Positions 34,093-44,631 of a stretch of 64,000 nucleotides of DNA are shown in pieces; position 1 is the stretch's first letter, and each line of letters opens with the position of its first letter. Both the position numbers and the translations under genes were made by a program. The stretch lies in assembly GCA_963813715.1 (NCBI GenBank), contig CAWFAK010000002.1, forward strand, positions 1 through 64,000, given 5' to 3'. The notes below the pieces were generated by a model. The model was not told the origin of the DNA and did not search any database. It worked only from the letters and a program-made list of their open reading frames with translations. This DNA comes from an uncultured Planctomycetaceae bacterium (lineage in GTDB: Bacteria > Planctomycetota > Planctomycetia > Planctomycetales > Planctomycetaceae).

Positions 34093-35014
34093 CTAGCCAA
34101 CTTCCAACAATTGGCCGGTGTGCAGCCGGGGAAACAGCGAGCCGCTGGGCGGCTGCGCTCGGAAAAACTGCCGCAGGCGCTGCGCCAGTTGCCCGACCGC
34201 TTGCGAGGCGGGACAGTCGGGCGCGGCGATGACGAATGGCTTGCGGCGGGAGACGGCCGTGACGACTTCGGGGTCTTGGGGAATCCAGCCGGCCGGGGCG
34301 ACTTCCACGTGCAGGAAGGTGCGGGCCGTCTCGCGAATGCGTTCGGCAATCAGGGTGGCCTGCTCGGCCGAGGCGCACTGGTTGATCACGATTTCGAGCG
34401 TCGGCACGCCGCTGCCCGAGAGTGATTTGATCGTCGCGTAAGCGTCGGCAATGGCGGTGGGCTCGGGCGTGGCGATGACGAGCACCAGCTCGCAGGCTTC
34501 CAGGAATTGTCGCACCGAGCGCTGGATGCCGGCCGCCGTGTCGATCACCAGAAAATCGTGGGTTTGTTCGAAGTCGGCCAATTGCCGCACGACGTCGGCC
34601 TGGGCCGTCTCCGGCCAGTCGGCCATCTCGGAGAGGCCGCTGGCTCCAGGGATGACCTCGATGCCGGCCGGGCCCTCGAGCACGATCTCGCTCAAGTTCC
34701 GCGCCCCGGTAACGACGTGCGAAAGATTCCAGTAGCCGTTGAGTCCGCATAAGAGGTCGAGGTTGCCCAGGCCCAAGTTCGCGTCCAAGCAGCGCCGTTC
34801 GCGCGTCGAGCTGGGCGAGGGCGATCGCCAGGTTGAGGGCCACGCTTGATTTGCCGACGCCCCCTTTGCCGCTGGTGATGGCGATCGATCGCGCGCGAGG
34901 CGTGCCCGCTGCCGGACCGACGACGTCGAGACGCTCGGACTGCAGCCGCTCCATCAAGCCGCGGAGCGCTCTGTGCCTGGTCCCCTTTCGGCGACGTGCC
35001 GTTCGGTTGGTCAT
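34093..35014 (-). CDS. flhG: MinD/FlhG-family ATPase (frameshift ~34790)
   Basis: IAITSGKGGVGKS, DANLGLGNLD, LVIDTAAGI, TPEPTAIADAYATIK; follows flhF. Confidence 0.9.
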
Positions 35015-36479
35015 TTCACGGCCCTTTCCTGACCGAGGATCATCCGCGCGATCCGCCGCGGATGGGCCGGCTCGATATCGTCCGGGACGGCCTGTCCGGC
35101 GGTGAGGTAGCTGATCGGCAGTTCGACGCGCCGCGCGAGCGAGAGGATGGCTCCCATCCCCGAGGCCTCGTCGAGCTTGGTGAGAATCACGGCCGTGGTG
35201 CCGGCCGCCTGGAATTTGTCGGCGGCCGCCTCGAGGCTTTGCCGGCTGGAAGTCATGCTCAGCACGAGATGCACTTCGTCGACGTGAGCCTCGGCCAGCA
35301 GCGATTTCAGCTCCTGAATTTGCAGCTCGTCCTTGGGGCTGCGGCCGGCCGTGTCGATCAGCACCAGGTCGAGACCGGCCAGCTCGTCGAGGGCCCGTCG
35401 CATTTCGAGCGGGTTGGTGACGACCTTCATCGGCAGGTCGATGATCTCGGCGTAGGTCCGCAACTGCTCGACGGCGGCCACGCGATAGGTGTCGACGGTG
35501 ACGAGTCCCAGCTTCACGCCGCTCCGCAGACGAAAATTGGCGGCCAGCTTGGCGATGGTCGTGGTTTTGCCGACGCCCGTGGCCCCGACGAGCGCGACGA
35601 CGCGGCGGCGGCCCGGCTTGGCGGCGATCGGCTCGCGGCAACGGATTTCCGACTCGACGAGGGCCGTCAACAGGGCGCGGGCGGCGTCCGCGTCGCCCAG
35701 TTGGGCCGGCGTGGCGTTCCGCTTCAACTTGTAGATCAGGTCGCGGGCGACGTCGTCTTCGACTTCCGCGTCGATCAGCTCGGTGTAGACCTGGAAGAGC
35801 TCGGGGGGAACCTGGTCCTGCCGCGCAGTGGTTCGCCCGGCCCAGGTCGTGGAGCATCTGTTGGATCGAATCGAGCCGCCGGCTGAGCGCAGCCGTTGGG
35901 TCGGATTCGTCCGCGGACGCCGGATTGATCCCGATCGGCCGGCCGGTGAAGCGGTTGAGCCGTCCAGCCGGCTCGAGTGCCTCGAACGGCCGTCTCTGTT
36001 CGTTGGACTCGGCCGGAGGCGCGTCCTTCGTCATGCGGCGGTTCGGTGCCTGAGGGGCGCGGCTGGCCGCGATGCGGGCGATCGTGGCGGAACGCGAGAG
36101 CAGGTCTTCGAGTGTTTCGGTGGGCTCGCTGGTCAGGTCGAGTCGCGAACCGATGGAGCCCGCCCCGCCCGATCGAGCGGAGGGTCCGCGTGACGCAGGT
36201 TTTTGCCCGCTCGGCTTGGGGGCGCTGTCTTGGATGCGTTCGGCTGCTGCCCGGGCGTCGGCTGCGGTCGTTTGCGTGGTGTGCGCTCTTGCGCGGCGCG
36301 GCTTCAAACGTGAGGCTGGCGGTGATTTCGACCTCATCGAGCGGCTTACGCCAAGGGAGGAACCGACGGCGGGCGACCTGGCGCGTATGCAGAATGACCG
36401 CGTCGGCCCCGAGTTCTTCGCGGACGAGGTCGAGGGCCTCGCGCATCGATGCCGCTCGAAAAGTTCGCACGTCAGCCAT
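35011..36479 (-). CDS. flhF: Flagellar SRP-type GTPase FlhF (frameshifts in N-terminal half)
   Basis: RTFRAASMREAL..VREELGADAVIL, GATGVGKTTTIAKLAA, DTYRVAAVEQL, DTAGRS, TKLDE, GQAVPDDI. Confidence 0.92.
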
Positions 36480-36596
36480 GGCTTCGTTGCTCCGGTCGTG
36501 CTGGTATGCGGCGGTGTGAAACGCGAAGGGGGCGCCCCGCGTCGCGGACGTTGGTGTGAAGTAAACGAGTTGTTTTGCGGGAAGTTGAGGAGTCGG

Positions 36597-38716
36597 TCAG
36601 GCCGCGGTCGCCATCGCACCTTCCAGTGCGTCGATGCTCACCTGCCCCGAGGATTCGACCTCGGTGTCGCGGGTGATTTCGTTCAGGCTGATGACGGCCA
36701 GTTTCGGCAGGGTCGAGGACGTGATTTGTTTGAGTCCGGCGCGGACGTGCGGGCTGCACAGCAGGATCGGCGTGCGGCCCAGCGACACGAGCGGGCTTGA
36801 GTTCGTTGGCGATCGCGCGGGTCACGGCTTCGGAGATTTGCGGCGATAGCTTGATCGTCAGTCCGCGTTCGGTGTAGTCGAAGCCGGCGGCCAGCACGTC
36901 TTCGAGCGCGGGGTCGATCGTCACGACGTGCAGCACGCGGTTCTTGTCGCGGAGCCGCTGGCAGATCGTTCGTGCCAGCGAATGGCGGACGTATTCGGTG
37001 AGGATGCCCAGGTCCTTGGTCTTGTCGGCGTAGTGGCCGAGCGTTTCCAGGATCGTTTCCAGGTCGCGGATGGGGACTTGCTCGCGGAGCAGGTTGTTGA
37101 GCACCTGGTGCACCTGCGGCACTTTGAGCAGGTCGGGGATCAGCTCTTCGATCGACTTGGGGGCCGTCGTCTTCAAGTTATCGAGCAGCTGGTGGACCTG
37201 CTGGCGCGTCAACAGCTCGTGGCTGTGCATCCGCACGACTTCGGTGAGGTGCGTGATCACGACGGCCGACGGCTCGACGACGTTGTAGCCCAACAGCTCG
37301 GCCCGCTCTTTTTGCGATTGCTCGATCCAGCGGGCCGGGCGGCCGAACGCCGGATCCTTGGTGGCGATGCCGGGGATTTCGCCGCTCGTGGCGCCCGTGT
37401 CGATGGCCAAGAGCGCGTCGCTATAGACTTCACCCCAAGCGATGGGAACGTCGCGGATCTTGATCTGGTACTGCCGCTGCTCGAGGCGGATGTTATCGCG
37501 AATGCGAACCTTGGGCAGAATGATGCCCAGCTCCTGCGCGATCCGGTGGCGGACGCGGGTCACGCGCTCCAAGCAGGTCTCCGCCGGCAGACCGGATCGG
37601 CCAGGCGAATCAGTCCGACGCCCAATTCCAGCTCGAGCGGATCGACGGCGAGGTTGTCTTCGGGGCGCGGCTCGGGCCGCTTCTGGGACTTTTGCGTTTC
37701 TTCCTGCTTTTTTTGACTGGCCGCTGTCTTCTGACCGCGACTGAGCGTGAAAGCCAGAACGCCGCAGCCCGTGCTCATCGTCAAGCAGGGGCACGGTGGG
37801 CAAGCCGCTGAATGCCATGGCGAACGAGAAAGACCGAGGACAGGCCGAGCGCCTGCGGATAGCGGAGCATCTGCGCGACGACCTCGGCCGGCAGGTCGCT
37901 GTTGGTCGACGTGCGGGTGACGATCAGGCCGGCGGCCACCGAGATCAGGAAGGCGGGCACCTGGGTCACCAGTCCGTCGCCGATGGTCAGGGTCGTGTAG
38001 ACCTCCATCGCGTGACCCAGCGTCATGCCGTGCTTGAATACGCCGATGCCGAAGCCGGCCAGAATGTTGACCAGCGTGATCACGATGCCGGCGATGGCGT
38101 CGCCGCGAACGAATTTGCTGGCACCGTCCATCGCACCGTAGAAGTCGGCTTGCTCGGTCACTTCGGACCGGCGCTTGCGGGCGATTTCCTGCGTGATCAG
38201 GCCGGCGTTGAGGTCGGCGTCGATGGCCATTTGCTTGCCGGGCATGCCGTCCAAGGCAAAGCGGGCGGCCACTTCGCTGATACGCGTGGCACCCTTGGTG
38301 ATGACCAGGAATTGGATGGCGATCAGGATCGCGAAGATCGTAAAGCCGATGAACAACTGCCCGCCGGCGACGAATTCGCCGAAGGCCTGGATCACGTGGC
38401 CGGCGGCCGCCGTGCCGTCCTCGGCGCCGCGGGTGAGGATCAGCCGCGTGGAGGCGACGTTGAGCACGAGCCGGGCGAGCGTGGTCCCGAGCAGGATCGA
38501 GGGGAAGACGCTGAAATCGAGCGGGCGACCGACGTAGATCGTCGTCAGCAGGATCACGACGGACAGCGTGATGTTGCACGAGAGCAACATGTCCATCACG
38601 ACGGGGGGCAGCGGCGCAACGAGGACCAGCACCGATGCCACGATCAGCACCGGGAAGATCAACGCACGCGAGCGCGCAATCGCGCCGCGCAAACCGATTT
38701 CGGTTTGCGAAGCCAT
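36597..38716 (-). CDS. flhA: Flagellar export protein FlhA (frameshifts ~37820, ~37580, ~36790)
   Basis: FLVITKGATRISEVAARFALDGMPGKQMAIDADLNAG, FYGAMDGASKFVRGDAIAG, LTIGDGLVTQVP. Confidence 0.96.
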
Positions 38717-39244
38717 GACCGCTTCCGACTGTGAGGAGACGACGCTGAGGAAGTGACGCTGTGGAGATAACGAGGAGAGACTGAAGTGAGGCGGACGGGC
38801 TCGCCACGACGGCGATTCGAGCGCGCAAGCGCGAGGAGCCGACGTCGTCAGACGAGGGCGGGCCGAGGATCACGTCTCAAGGTGAGAGCACTTAAGACGT
38901 TACAACGGCCACTCGCGGCAGGGCGAACGGTCGCAAACGCAACGAGCAGTTCGACAGGAACGAATGATTTTGGAGAGAGTGGTGGCTTGAATTCAGTGGA
39001 GAGTTGAGGGGCGGATTTTTAATCGAAGCGGCCTCTAGTGTCCAGACGGAAACGCTCGGCAAAAATGGCCGAGTTTTCACTGTTTTCCGCGCGGGAGCGT
39101 CGACGTGAAGCGGCGCATTGGAGGCTCGACGGGCGCCGCCGGCGCGGCGCAGCCTCTTGGTGGGCCAAATGTTTCGCTAAGATTCTGAAGCCGCGCGAAC
39201 GCTGCACTCACCGCACGAGAAATTCATCCAGAGCTGAAGGCCCG

Positions 39245-40165
39245 ATGAACAAATCTGCCAAGCCCCAACGCGTGAAATCGCTGCCCGCGCCCCCGGACCG
39301 GCCGGAAGATGCGAACAAAGGGACGTTTGGGCGCGTGATGGTCGTCGCGGGCAGCCGTGGTATGAGCGGCGCGGCCTGCCTTGCCGGCGTGGCGGCGCTG
39401 CGGGGCGGCGCCGGGTTGGTGACCGTCGCCACGGCCGCCGGCGTCTTGCCGATCGTGGCGGGAATCGAGCCGTCCTTGCTCACGCTGCCGCTGCCTGAAG
39501 ACGCGGGCGGAAAGATCAGCCAGGCGGCCCGTCCGGTGCTCGAATCGGCACTGGCATCCCAAACGACGATCGCGGTCGGGCCCGGCCTCGGACAGTCCCC
39601 CGAACTGGCCGGCCTGGTGCGATGGTTGTTCGAGAGCGTCGACCGCCCCGGGGTTTTTGACGCCGACGCGCTCAACTTGCTCGCCGCTCATCCGGCCGCA
39701 CTCAAAGCGCGGGCCCGGCGGAGTGAGGCCGGTCCGCCCCGGGTGCTGACGCCCCACCCCGGTGAATTTGCTCGGTTAATTGCCCGCGAGATCCCCGAGG
39801 TCGAAAAGAATCGCGAAGCGCTGTCGGTCCAGTTCGCCGCGGAGCACAAACTGGTGCTGGTGCTCAAAGGGCATCGCACGCTGATCACCGATGGTCGACG
39901 GGTGGCCCTGAACTCGACCGGCAACAGCGGCATGGCGACGGGCGGCTGCGGCGACGTGCTCACCGGGTTGATCGCGGCCCTCTTGGGGCAGAAGATGCCA
40001 CCGTTCGAGGCGGCTCAGCTGGGCGTCTACTTGCACGGCCTGGCCGGCGATCTGGCGGCGAAGGGGCTTTCCGAGCCGGGACTCATCGCCTCCGATTTGA
40101 CGCGCTGGCTGGGTGCGGCGTGGCTCACGTTTTTGAAATCAGCCGGCCGCCGCTCGCGGAAGTGA
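39245..40165 (+). CDS. nnrD: ADP-dependent NAD(P)H-hydrate dehydratase
   Basis: KGTFGRVMVVAGS, GPGLG, DADAL, LTPHPGEF, LKGHRT, MATGGCGDVLTG. Confidence 0.93.
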   Translation: MNKSAKPQRVKSLPAPPDRPEDANKGTFGRVMVVAGSRGMSGAACLAGVAALRGGAGLVTVATAAGVLPIVAGIEPSLLTLPLPEDAGGKISQAARPVLESALASQTTIAVGPGLGQSPELAGLVRWLFESVDRPGVFDADALNLLAAHPAALKARARRSEAGPPRVLTPHPGEFARLIAREIPEVEKNREALSVQFAAEHKLVLVLKGHRTLITDGRRVALNSTGNSGMATGGCGDVLTGLIAALLGQKMPPFEAAQLGVYLHGLAGDLAAKGLSEPGLIASDLTRWLGAAWLTFLKSAGRRSRK

Positions 40166-40181
40166 AGCCGGCGGCCGCATT

Positions 40182-40916
40182 TTACTTCATGCTCGGAGGC
40201 GAGGGACTTGTCGCGGGCGTGCGGGTGTTTCGTGGCGACGGCTCTTCCAACAGCGCCTCGAAATAACGCCGCACGAGGTCGTCGTAGGCCGGCAGCACCG
40301 TTTCGCTGAAGTCGACGCGCACGCGCTCGCGGACGGCCGGCGGCAGATGGCCCCAGACCTCGCGGACGAGAGTGCGATCGCCCGTGCGGGACGATTTGGC
40401 CGCGGCCCGGGGGTTGCGGAGACCACCGCGGCGATTCGGGGGTGAACCACCCGCCGTCGCCGTGGGCCCGTCCCCTTTGTCTTGCTGGCTGCCCTGCCCC
40501 TGTCGCGGGGACCCTTGTTGTTGAGGCGAGCCGTCTTCATCTTCGCGGGGCGACTTGCCGCCGCCCGGCGATTTCTGCATACCGTGACTGGGCTGCGATT
40601 GCTGGCGGGAGGCGGCGTCGATCAGCTTGTCGAGATCGCGGACCACCTGCGCTTGAATGCCGCGCGTGTCGGGCCCAGTATCTCCGCCTTTGAGCCGAGT
40701 CTCGGCAGCTTTCATTTGCTTGACGATCGGCGTGACCGGATTGGCGGCCGAGGCGCCGAACCCGCGGGCCGCGGCAGCATCCTCGGGCTTGTTCTCGGGG
40801 CCGGCCATCGCCCGACCGGCGCCGACAATCGCGAGCCCCACGCTCGCGGCCAGCATCATTCGAGACAGAGTCGCTGGAGACAGTGTCACTCGTGAGACAG
40901 ACAAGCGGCCGATCAT
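40182..40916 (-). CDS. Secreted hypothetical protein of VWA/DUF4175-type operon
   Basis: Signal peptide, Q/G-rich linker, VWGHLPPAVR..Y.DLVRRYFEAL tail; 4-bp overlap with upstream gene. Confidence 0.75.
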   Translation of the reverse strand: MIGRLSVSRVTLSPATLSRMMLAASVGLAIVGAGRAMAGPENKPEDAAAARGFGASAANPVTPIVKQMKAAETRLKGGDTGPDTRGIQAQVVRDLDKLIDAASRQQSQPSHGMQKSPGGGKSPREDEDGSPQQQGSPRQGQGSQQDKGDGPTATAGGSPPNRRGGLRNPRAAAKSSRTGDRTLVREVWGHLPPAVRERVRVDFSETVLPAYDDLVRRYFEALLEEPSPRNTRTPATSPSPPSMK

Positions 40917-43900
40917 TGCTTGCTCCGCGGCGCGGGGGGCGTGATCTGGTGCTCGCCGTCGCGGTTGCTGAAGAACTGGGCTGCCAGCCGTTCGATGAGC
41001 GACGCCAGTTCGCCCTGCTCGCGAGTCACACGGGACAGCTCGTCGGCCGTCTCGCCCGCGGGATTTGTCGCCGGGTCTTTCCGTGGGGTGGTCGTCGCGC
41101 GCTCTCGGTCGAGATCGCTTGTGCGGCGGAGCAAGTCCTGCTGGACGATCTTGAGCAGTTGCAATTGCGCGACCGTCGGCACGCCTCCGTCCGGCTTGGC
41201 GGCGCGTTCCTCTTGCTGGTTCTCGTTCGCCTGCGATTCTTGATCGGGGCGGCGCGATTTCGCTTCTGCCTTGAGGGCCTGGACGACGTTTCGCAGTCGC
41301 GACCAGGCTTCACGCTCGAGCGCTACCGTCTTGGCGTCGGTCTGACGTTGACCGAGACGGTCGGCGGCCGCCTTGATCTCCTCGACGCCGCGACGCACCA
41401 CGAAGACGTAGGCTTCGGCCGGTGCGAGCCGATCGGCGATGCGGCTCGTCTCGTCCTGCAGTTGCCGTTCGAGCTGCGCGATGGTCTGCACGCTGCGGAG
41501 TTGGCCCCGCGTCCATTGCGACTGCTGGGCCCGTTCGCCGTCGAGACGTTTCGTTTCGTCGAGGACCGTCTTTTGACGGGCGACCAGGCCGGCAATCTCG
41601 TCGGCGATCTTCACCGCCGATTGTTGGGCCAGCTGCGACGCTGCCTCGCGCTTGGCGCGGCTGAGGGCGGCTTGTGCCCGGTTCAGCTGTTCGACCGCAT
41701 GGGCTTGCTCGCGCGACGTCTCGCCGGTGGGGCGCTGCTCGAGCTGCTGCTCGGCCTGCGCCATGTGCTCGGCTGCTTGCCCGGCCGATGCGCTCGGTTC
41801 CTCCGTGCCCAGGCGACGCAGTTCGCGGGCGACGTCTTCCGCCTTTTCGCGAAGACCGCCCTGCTCCTTCCGCAGCTTCTCGATCGCGGGCGGAGTTTGT
41901 TTCGCTTTGTCGGCGCTCAGCTGCTGCGTTCGTTTGCGGAGTTCTTCCTGTTTCTTGCGCAAGGCGTCGATCTGCTGTTCGGCCTGCTCCATCTTGCCGA
42001 CGGCCGACTTCAAGTCCCCTTCGGGCCGCTGGGACAGCCGATTGTCGAGTTTTTTCAGTTCGTCGAGGAGCTGGTGCTGGTTGGTCATCGCCTTGCCGAC
42101 GTTGTTTTCCGCCAGCTGGCCGCCGATGTCGCGCATGGCCGCCTCGGGATCGGACCGCTCGAGCGACTTCAACACGGCCGCGGCATCGGCGGCTGCCTCG
42201 GCATTGGCGGGCGGATCGCGGTCCGCAGCCGGCGCCGGCTTGTCAGGCGACTGTTTGTCAGATGGTTGTTTGTCGGGTGGCTGTTTGGAATTGCCGCTCG
42301 TCTCGCGCAGGCGTTCCTTGAGGTGGGCGACCTGGTCGGCCAGCTGCGCCTGCCGTTCGGCCAGCCGCGCCAGATCAGCCTGACCCTGCGGCGCCAGTTC
42401 GGCAAACCGTTTGGCGACCGTGCCGCGGGAAACGTCCGACGTGTCGGCGTTGAGTTTTTCCTGCGAGTCGACCAGCTCGCGGAGACTATCGTGCACTCCC
42501 TGCCAGTCGCGCCAGCGGGCCAGCTCGCCGAGCATGCTGCGGACCGATTCCAGGACGACTCCCTGCTCGTGCGTGGCCGTCTTCAGGGATTTCGCCTGCT
42601 CGCGAGCCGTGGCGGCGTCGGGGGCGCTGCGTAGCAACTCCGAAGTTTTCACCGCCCGCGTCAGCGTGTCGTCGAGCGCACCCAGGTGTGATTCCCGCAG
42701 GTCGGTTAGCTCGCGCTCGAAGCGTTCGAGCCGCTTCTGAATCTCTCCGCCGGGCAATTGGTTCTGCCGCATTTCGGCCAAGAGGTCGCGGACCAGGCTG
42801 CCGGCCCCCTCGGTCGGATGGGCCAAAAGCTCGCTGACGTCGCGCTGATCGGACTGCACGCGTTTCAAAATGTCGAGATCGGCGGGCTTGAGCCGGCTCG
42901 TCTTTTCCACCTGGACCACCAGATCGCCCGTCTGCCCGCGGCTCCGCGACTCGACCTGTTCGGCCCGCTCCAGAATGCGGAGCACGTCGGCCTGCCGCGA
43001 GACGATCTCCGCCTCCTTCTGCGGGGCCGAAACGACGATCAGCGTGCGGACGGGGCTTTTGCCGACGTGTGGCGGACCCAGGTCGAACCAGTCGGTCGCC
43101 TCGGCATGCAGGGCGATCCGCATCCCCTCACTCAAGGGCAGCTCCCGCAGATTCCAAACGAGCGAGACGCGGTGATGCTGCAGGCGCGGCAGGTCAGAGG
43201 CCATCGGGATCGTGGCTTCGGGCGTCGTCGACGAGTCACCCAAGCGAAAGCGCAGTCGCATCTCGCGCAGACCCAGATCGTCCTTGGCCGTGGCGGTGAC
43301 GGGCAACTGGGCGACCGCGGTGACGGTGGCGTCGGCCGGCGGTTGATCGATGGTCACGTCCGGAACGACGTCGGCAGCTGCTTCGATTTCGTAGCGCGGC
43401 GCCTCGGGGTTTTCGATCCCCTCGGTGTCTTTGAGCTGAAACGAGTAGCCATACGCCCCCGCCTCGGCGATCACGAAGTTGCCGTGAAATTCGCGGGCAT
43501 CGCCCGAGATGGCGATCGTGCCGGCCGGCTTGTCCTTCACCCGCAGCGTGGCAGTGGCGAGCGGCTTGCTCGCGCGGGCGCGAAACGCGACCTTCGTGCC
43601 GACGGTGCCCCGCACCTTGCCGTCGCCGGGCGCCAGCGTTTCGACCGGCCGCGTTGTGTAGGCCGGCGGCGTGAGCACGACTTCCAAGCGTTCGACGATG
43701 GGCGGCAGCACGACCTGCATTTCGCACTCGGGCAGACTGTCGTCGTCTCCGCCTAACGCGCGGAACCAGACGGGACCTCGATCGGCGGGCAGGCTCAACA
43801 GGCAGACGTCATGCAGCGACCCGGACGAGTCGCGGAGCGATGCGTGCCGCAGCGGCTCGCGCACTTCGGAATCGTCAGGGAGCCGATACTCGAGAAAGAC

Positions 43901-44614
43901 GTCGTCCGGCAAGCGGCCCTTGCGGTCCTCGACGAGGAGATCGAGCTTGCGGCCGCGGACGATTTTGAAGGGCGAGGCGGCTTCCGAGTCGAGCGGAGCA
44001 AACTCCGTCGTCAGGTAACGCAGGTTGGTGTGACGCGGCCACGCGCCGGCCGAATAAGGCAGGAACAGCCGTTCGGCCGCGAACAGGGCTTCGGCCGGCG
44101 CCAGGCAGAAGAGCACGGCGGCCACCAGCAGCACACCGGCTGCCGAAACCAGCACGGGTCGCGAGGGGGCCAGCGGCACGGCCTCGGTCATGTCGATCGA
44201 GCGGGCCAAGTCGACCGTCTCGGCGATTGCCTGCCGCTGCAAATCGGGCGAGCCGAGGGCCGGGTCGCAGCCCGCGTTCATGAACTGCAGCGAGCTGGCG
44301 AGCCCCTCGCGAAAGCGGGGAAACCGCGCTTCGATCTTCATCGCCAGGGCGGCGTCGGAAATCGGGAAGACGAAGGGCGAAACCAGATACCGCCAGCAAA
44401 TGAGCGAGGCGGCACCCAGAATGATCGCCAACAGACCGAGCCGCGCGAGGGGCGAATCGAGATGCACCGACCGATCGAGCAGCGACGCGGCCACGATCAG
44501 CCCGCCGACCGTAATCACGAGCCAGGCGGCGCCGGAGGCCACAAGGGTCGCCCGAGCACGGCGGCGAACAAGGCCAATTCCGCGAGACAGCGCCTCGGGC
44601 GTCGGCGGCTGCAT
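40913..44614 (-). CDS. Large DUF4175-like membrane protein with beta-rich domains and long coiled coils
   Basis: Three N-terminal TM segments, AKDDLGL motif, ~600 aa of Q/E/L heptads. Confidence 0.8.
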   Translation of the reverse strand: MQPPTPEALSRGIGLVRRRARATLVASGAAWLVITVGGLIVAASLLDRSVHLDSPLARLGLLAIILGAASLICWRYLVSPFVFPISDAALAMKIEARFPRFREGLASSLQFMNAGCDPALGSPDLQRQAIAETVDLARSIDMTEAVPLAPSRPVLVSAAGVLLVAAVLFCLAPAEALFAAERLFLPYSAGAWPRHTNLRYLTTEFAPLDSEAASPFKIVRGRKLDLLVEDRKGRLPDDVFLEYRLPDDSEVREPLRHASLRDSSGSLHDVCLLSLPADRGPVWFRALGGDDDSLPECEMQVVLPPIVERLEVVLTPPAYTTRPVETLAPGDGKVRGTVGTKVAFRARASKPLATATLRVKDKPAGTIAISGDAREFHGNFVIAEAGAYGYSFQLKDTEGIENPEAPRYEIEAAADVVPDVTIDQPPADATVTAVAQLPVTATAKDDLGLREMRLRFRLGDSSTTPEATIPMASDLPRLQHHRVSLVWNLRELPLSEGMRIALHAEATDWFDLGPPHVGKSPVRTLIVVSAPQKEAEIVSRQADVLRILERAEQVESRSRGQTGDLVVQVEKTSRLKPADLDILKRVQSDQRDVSELLAHPTEGAGSLVRDLLAEMRQNQLPGGEIQKRLERFERELTDLRESHLGALDDTLTRAVKTSELLRSAPDAATAREQAKSLKTATHEQGVVLESVRSMLGELARWRDWQGVHDSLRELVDSQEKLNADTSDVSRGTVAKRFAELAPQGQADLARLAERQAQLADQVAHLKERLRETSGNSKQPPDKQPSDKQSPDKPAPAADRDPPANAEAAADAAAVLKSLERSDPEAAMRDIGGQLAENNVGKAMTNQHQLLDELKKLDNRLSQRPEGDLKSAVGKMEQAEQQIDALRKKQEELRKRTQQLSADKAKQTPPAIEKLRKEQGGLREKAEDVARELRRLGTEEPSASAGQAAEHMAQAEQQLEQRPTGETSREQAHAVEQLNRAQAALSRAKREAASQLAQQSAVKIADEIAGLVARQKTVLDETKRLDGERAQQSQWTRGQLRSVQTIAQLERQLQDETSRIADRLAPAEAYVFVVRRGVEEIKAAADRLGQRQTDAKTVALEREAWSRLRNVVQALKAEAKSRRPDQESQANENQQEERAAKPDGGVPTVAQLQLLKIVQQDLLRRTSDLDRERATTTPRKDPATNPAGETADELSRVTREQGELASLIERLAAQFFSNRDGEHQITPPAPRSKQ

Positions 44615-44631
44615 AAAAACTCCTGCAGAAA

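Noticed and set aside
33656..36619. 987-aa ORF spanning flhF/flhG
   Set aside because: Mostly off-frame R/P/G-rich read-through that picks up true fragments only because of indels.
38717..39244. Riboswitch (e.g. c-di-GMP) upstream of flhA
   Set aside because: No recognisable consensus by eye, only a small CTCGGC-N7-GCCGAG hairpin. An Rfam scan would be needed.
42240..42290. 15-bp tandem repeat encoding KQPPD-KQPSD-KQSPD
   Set aside because: Ordinary low-complexity linker expansion within a large protein.
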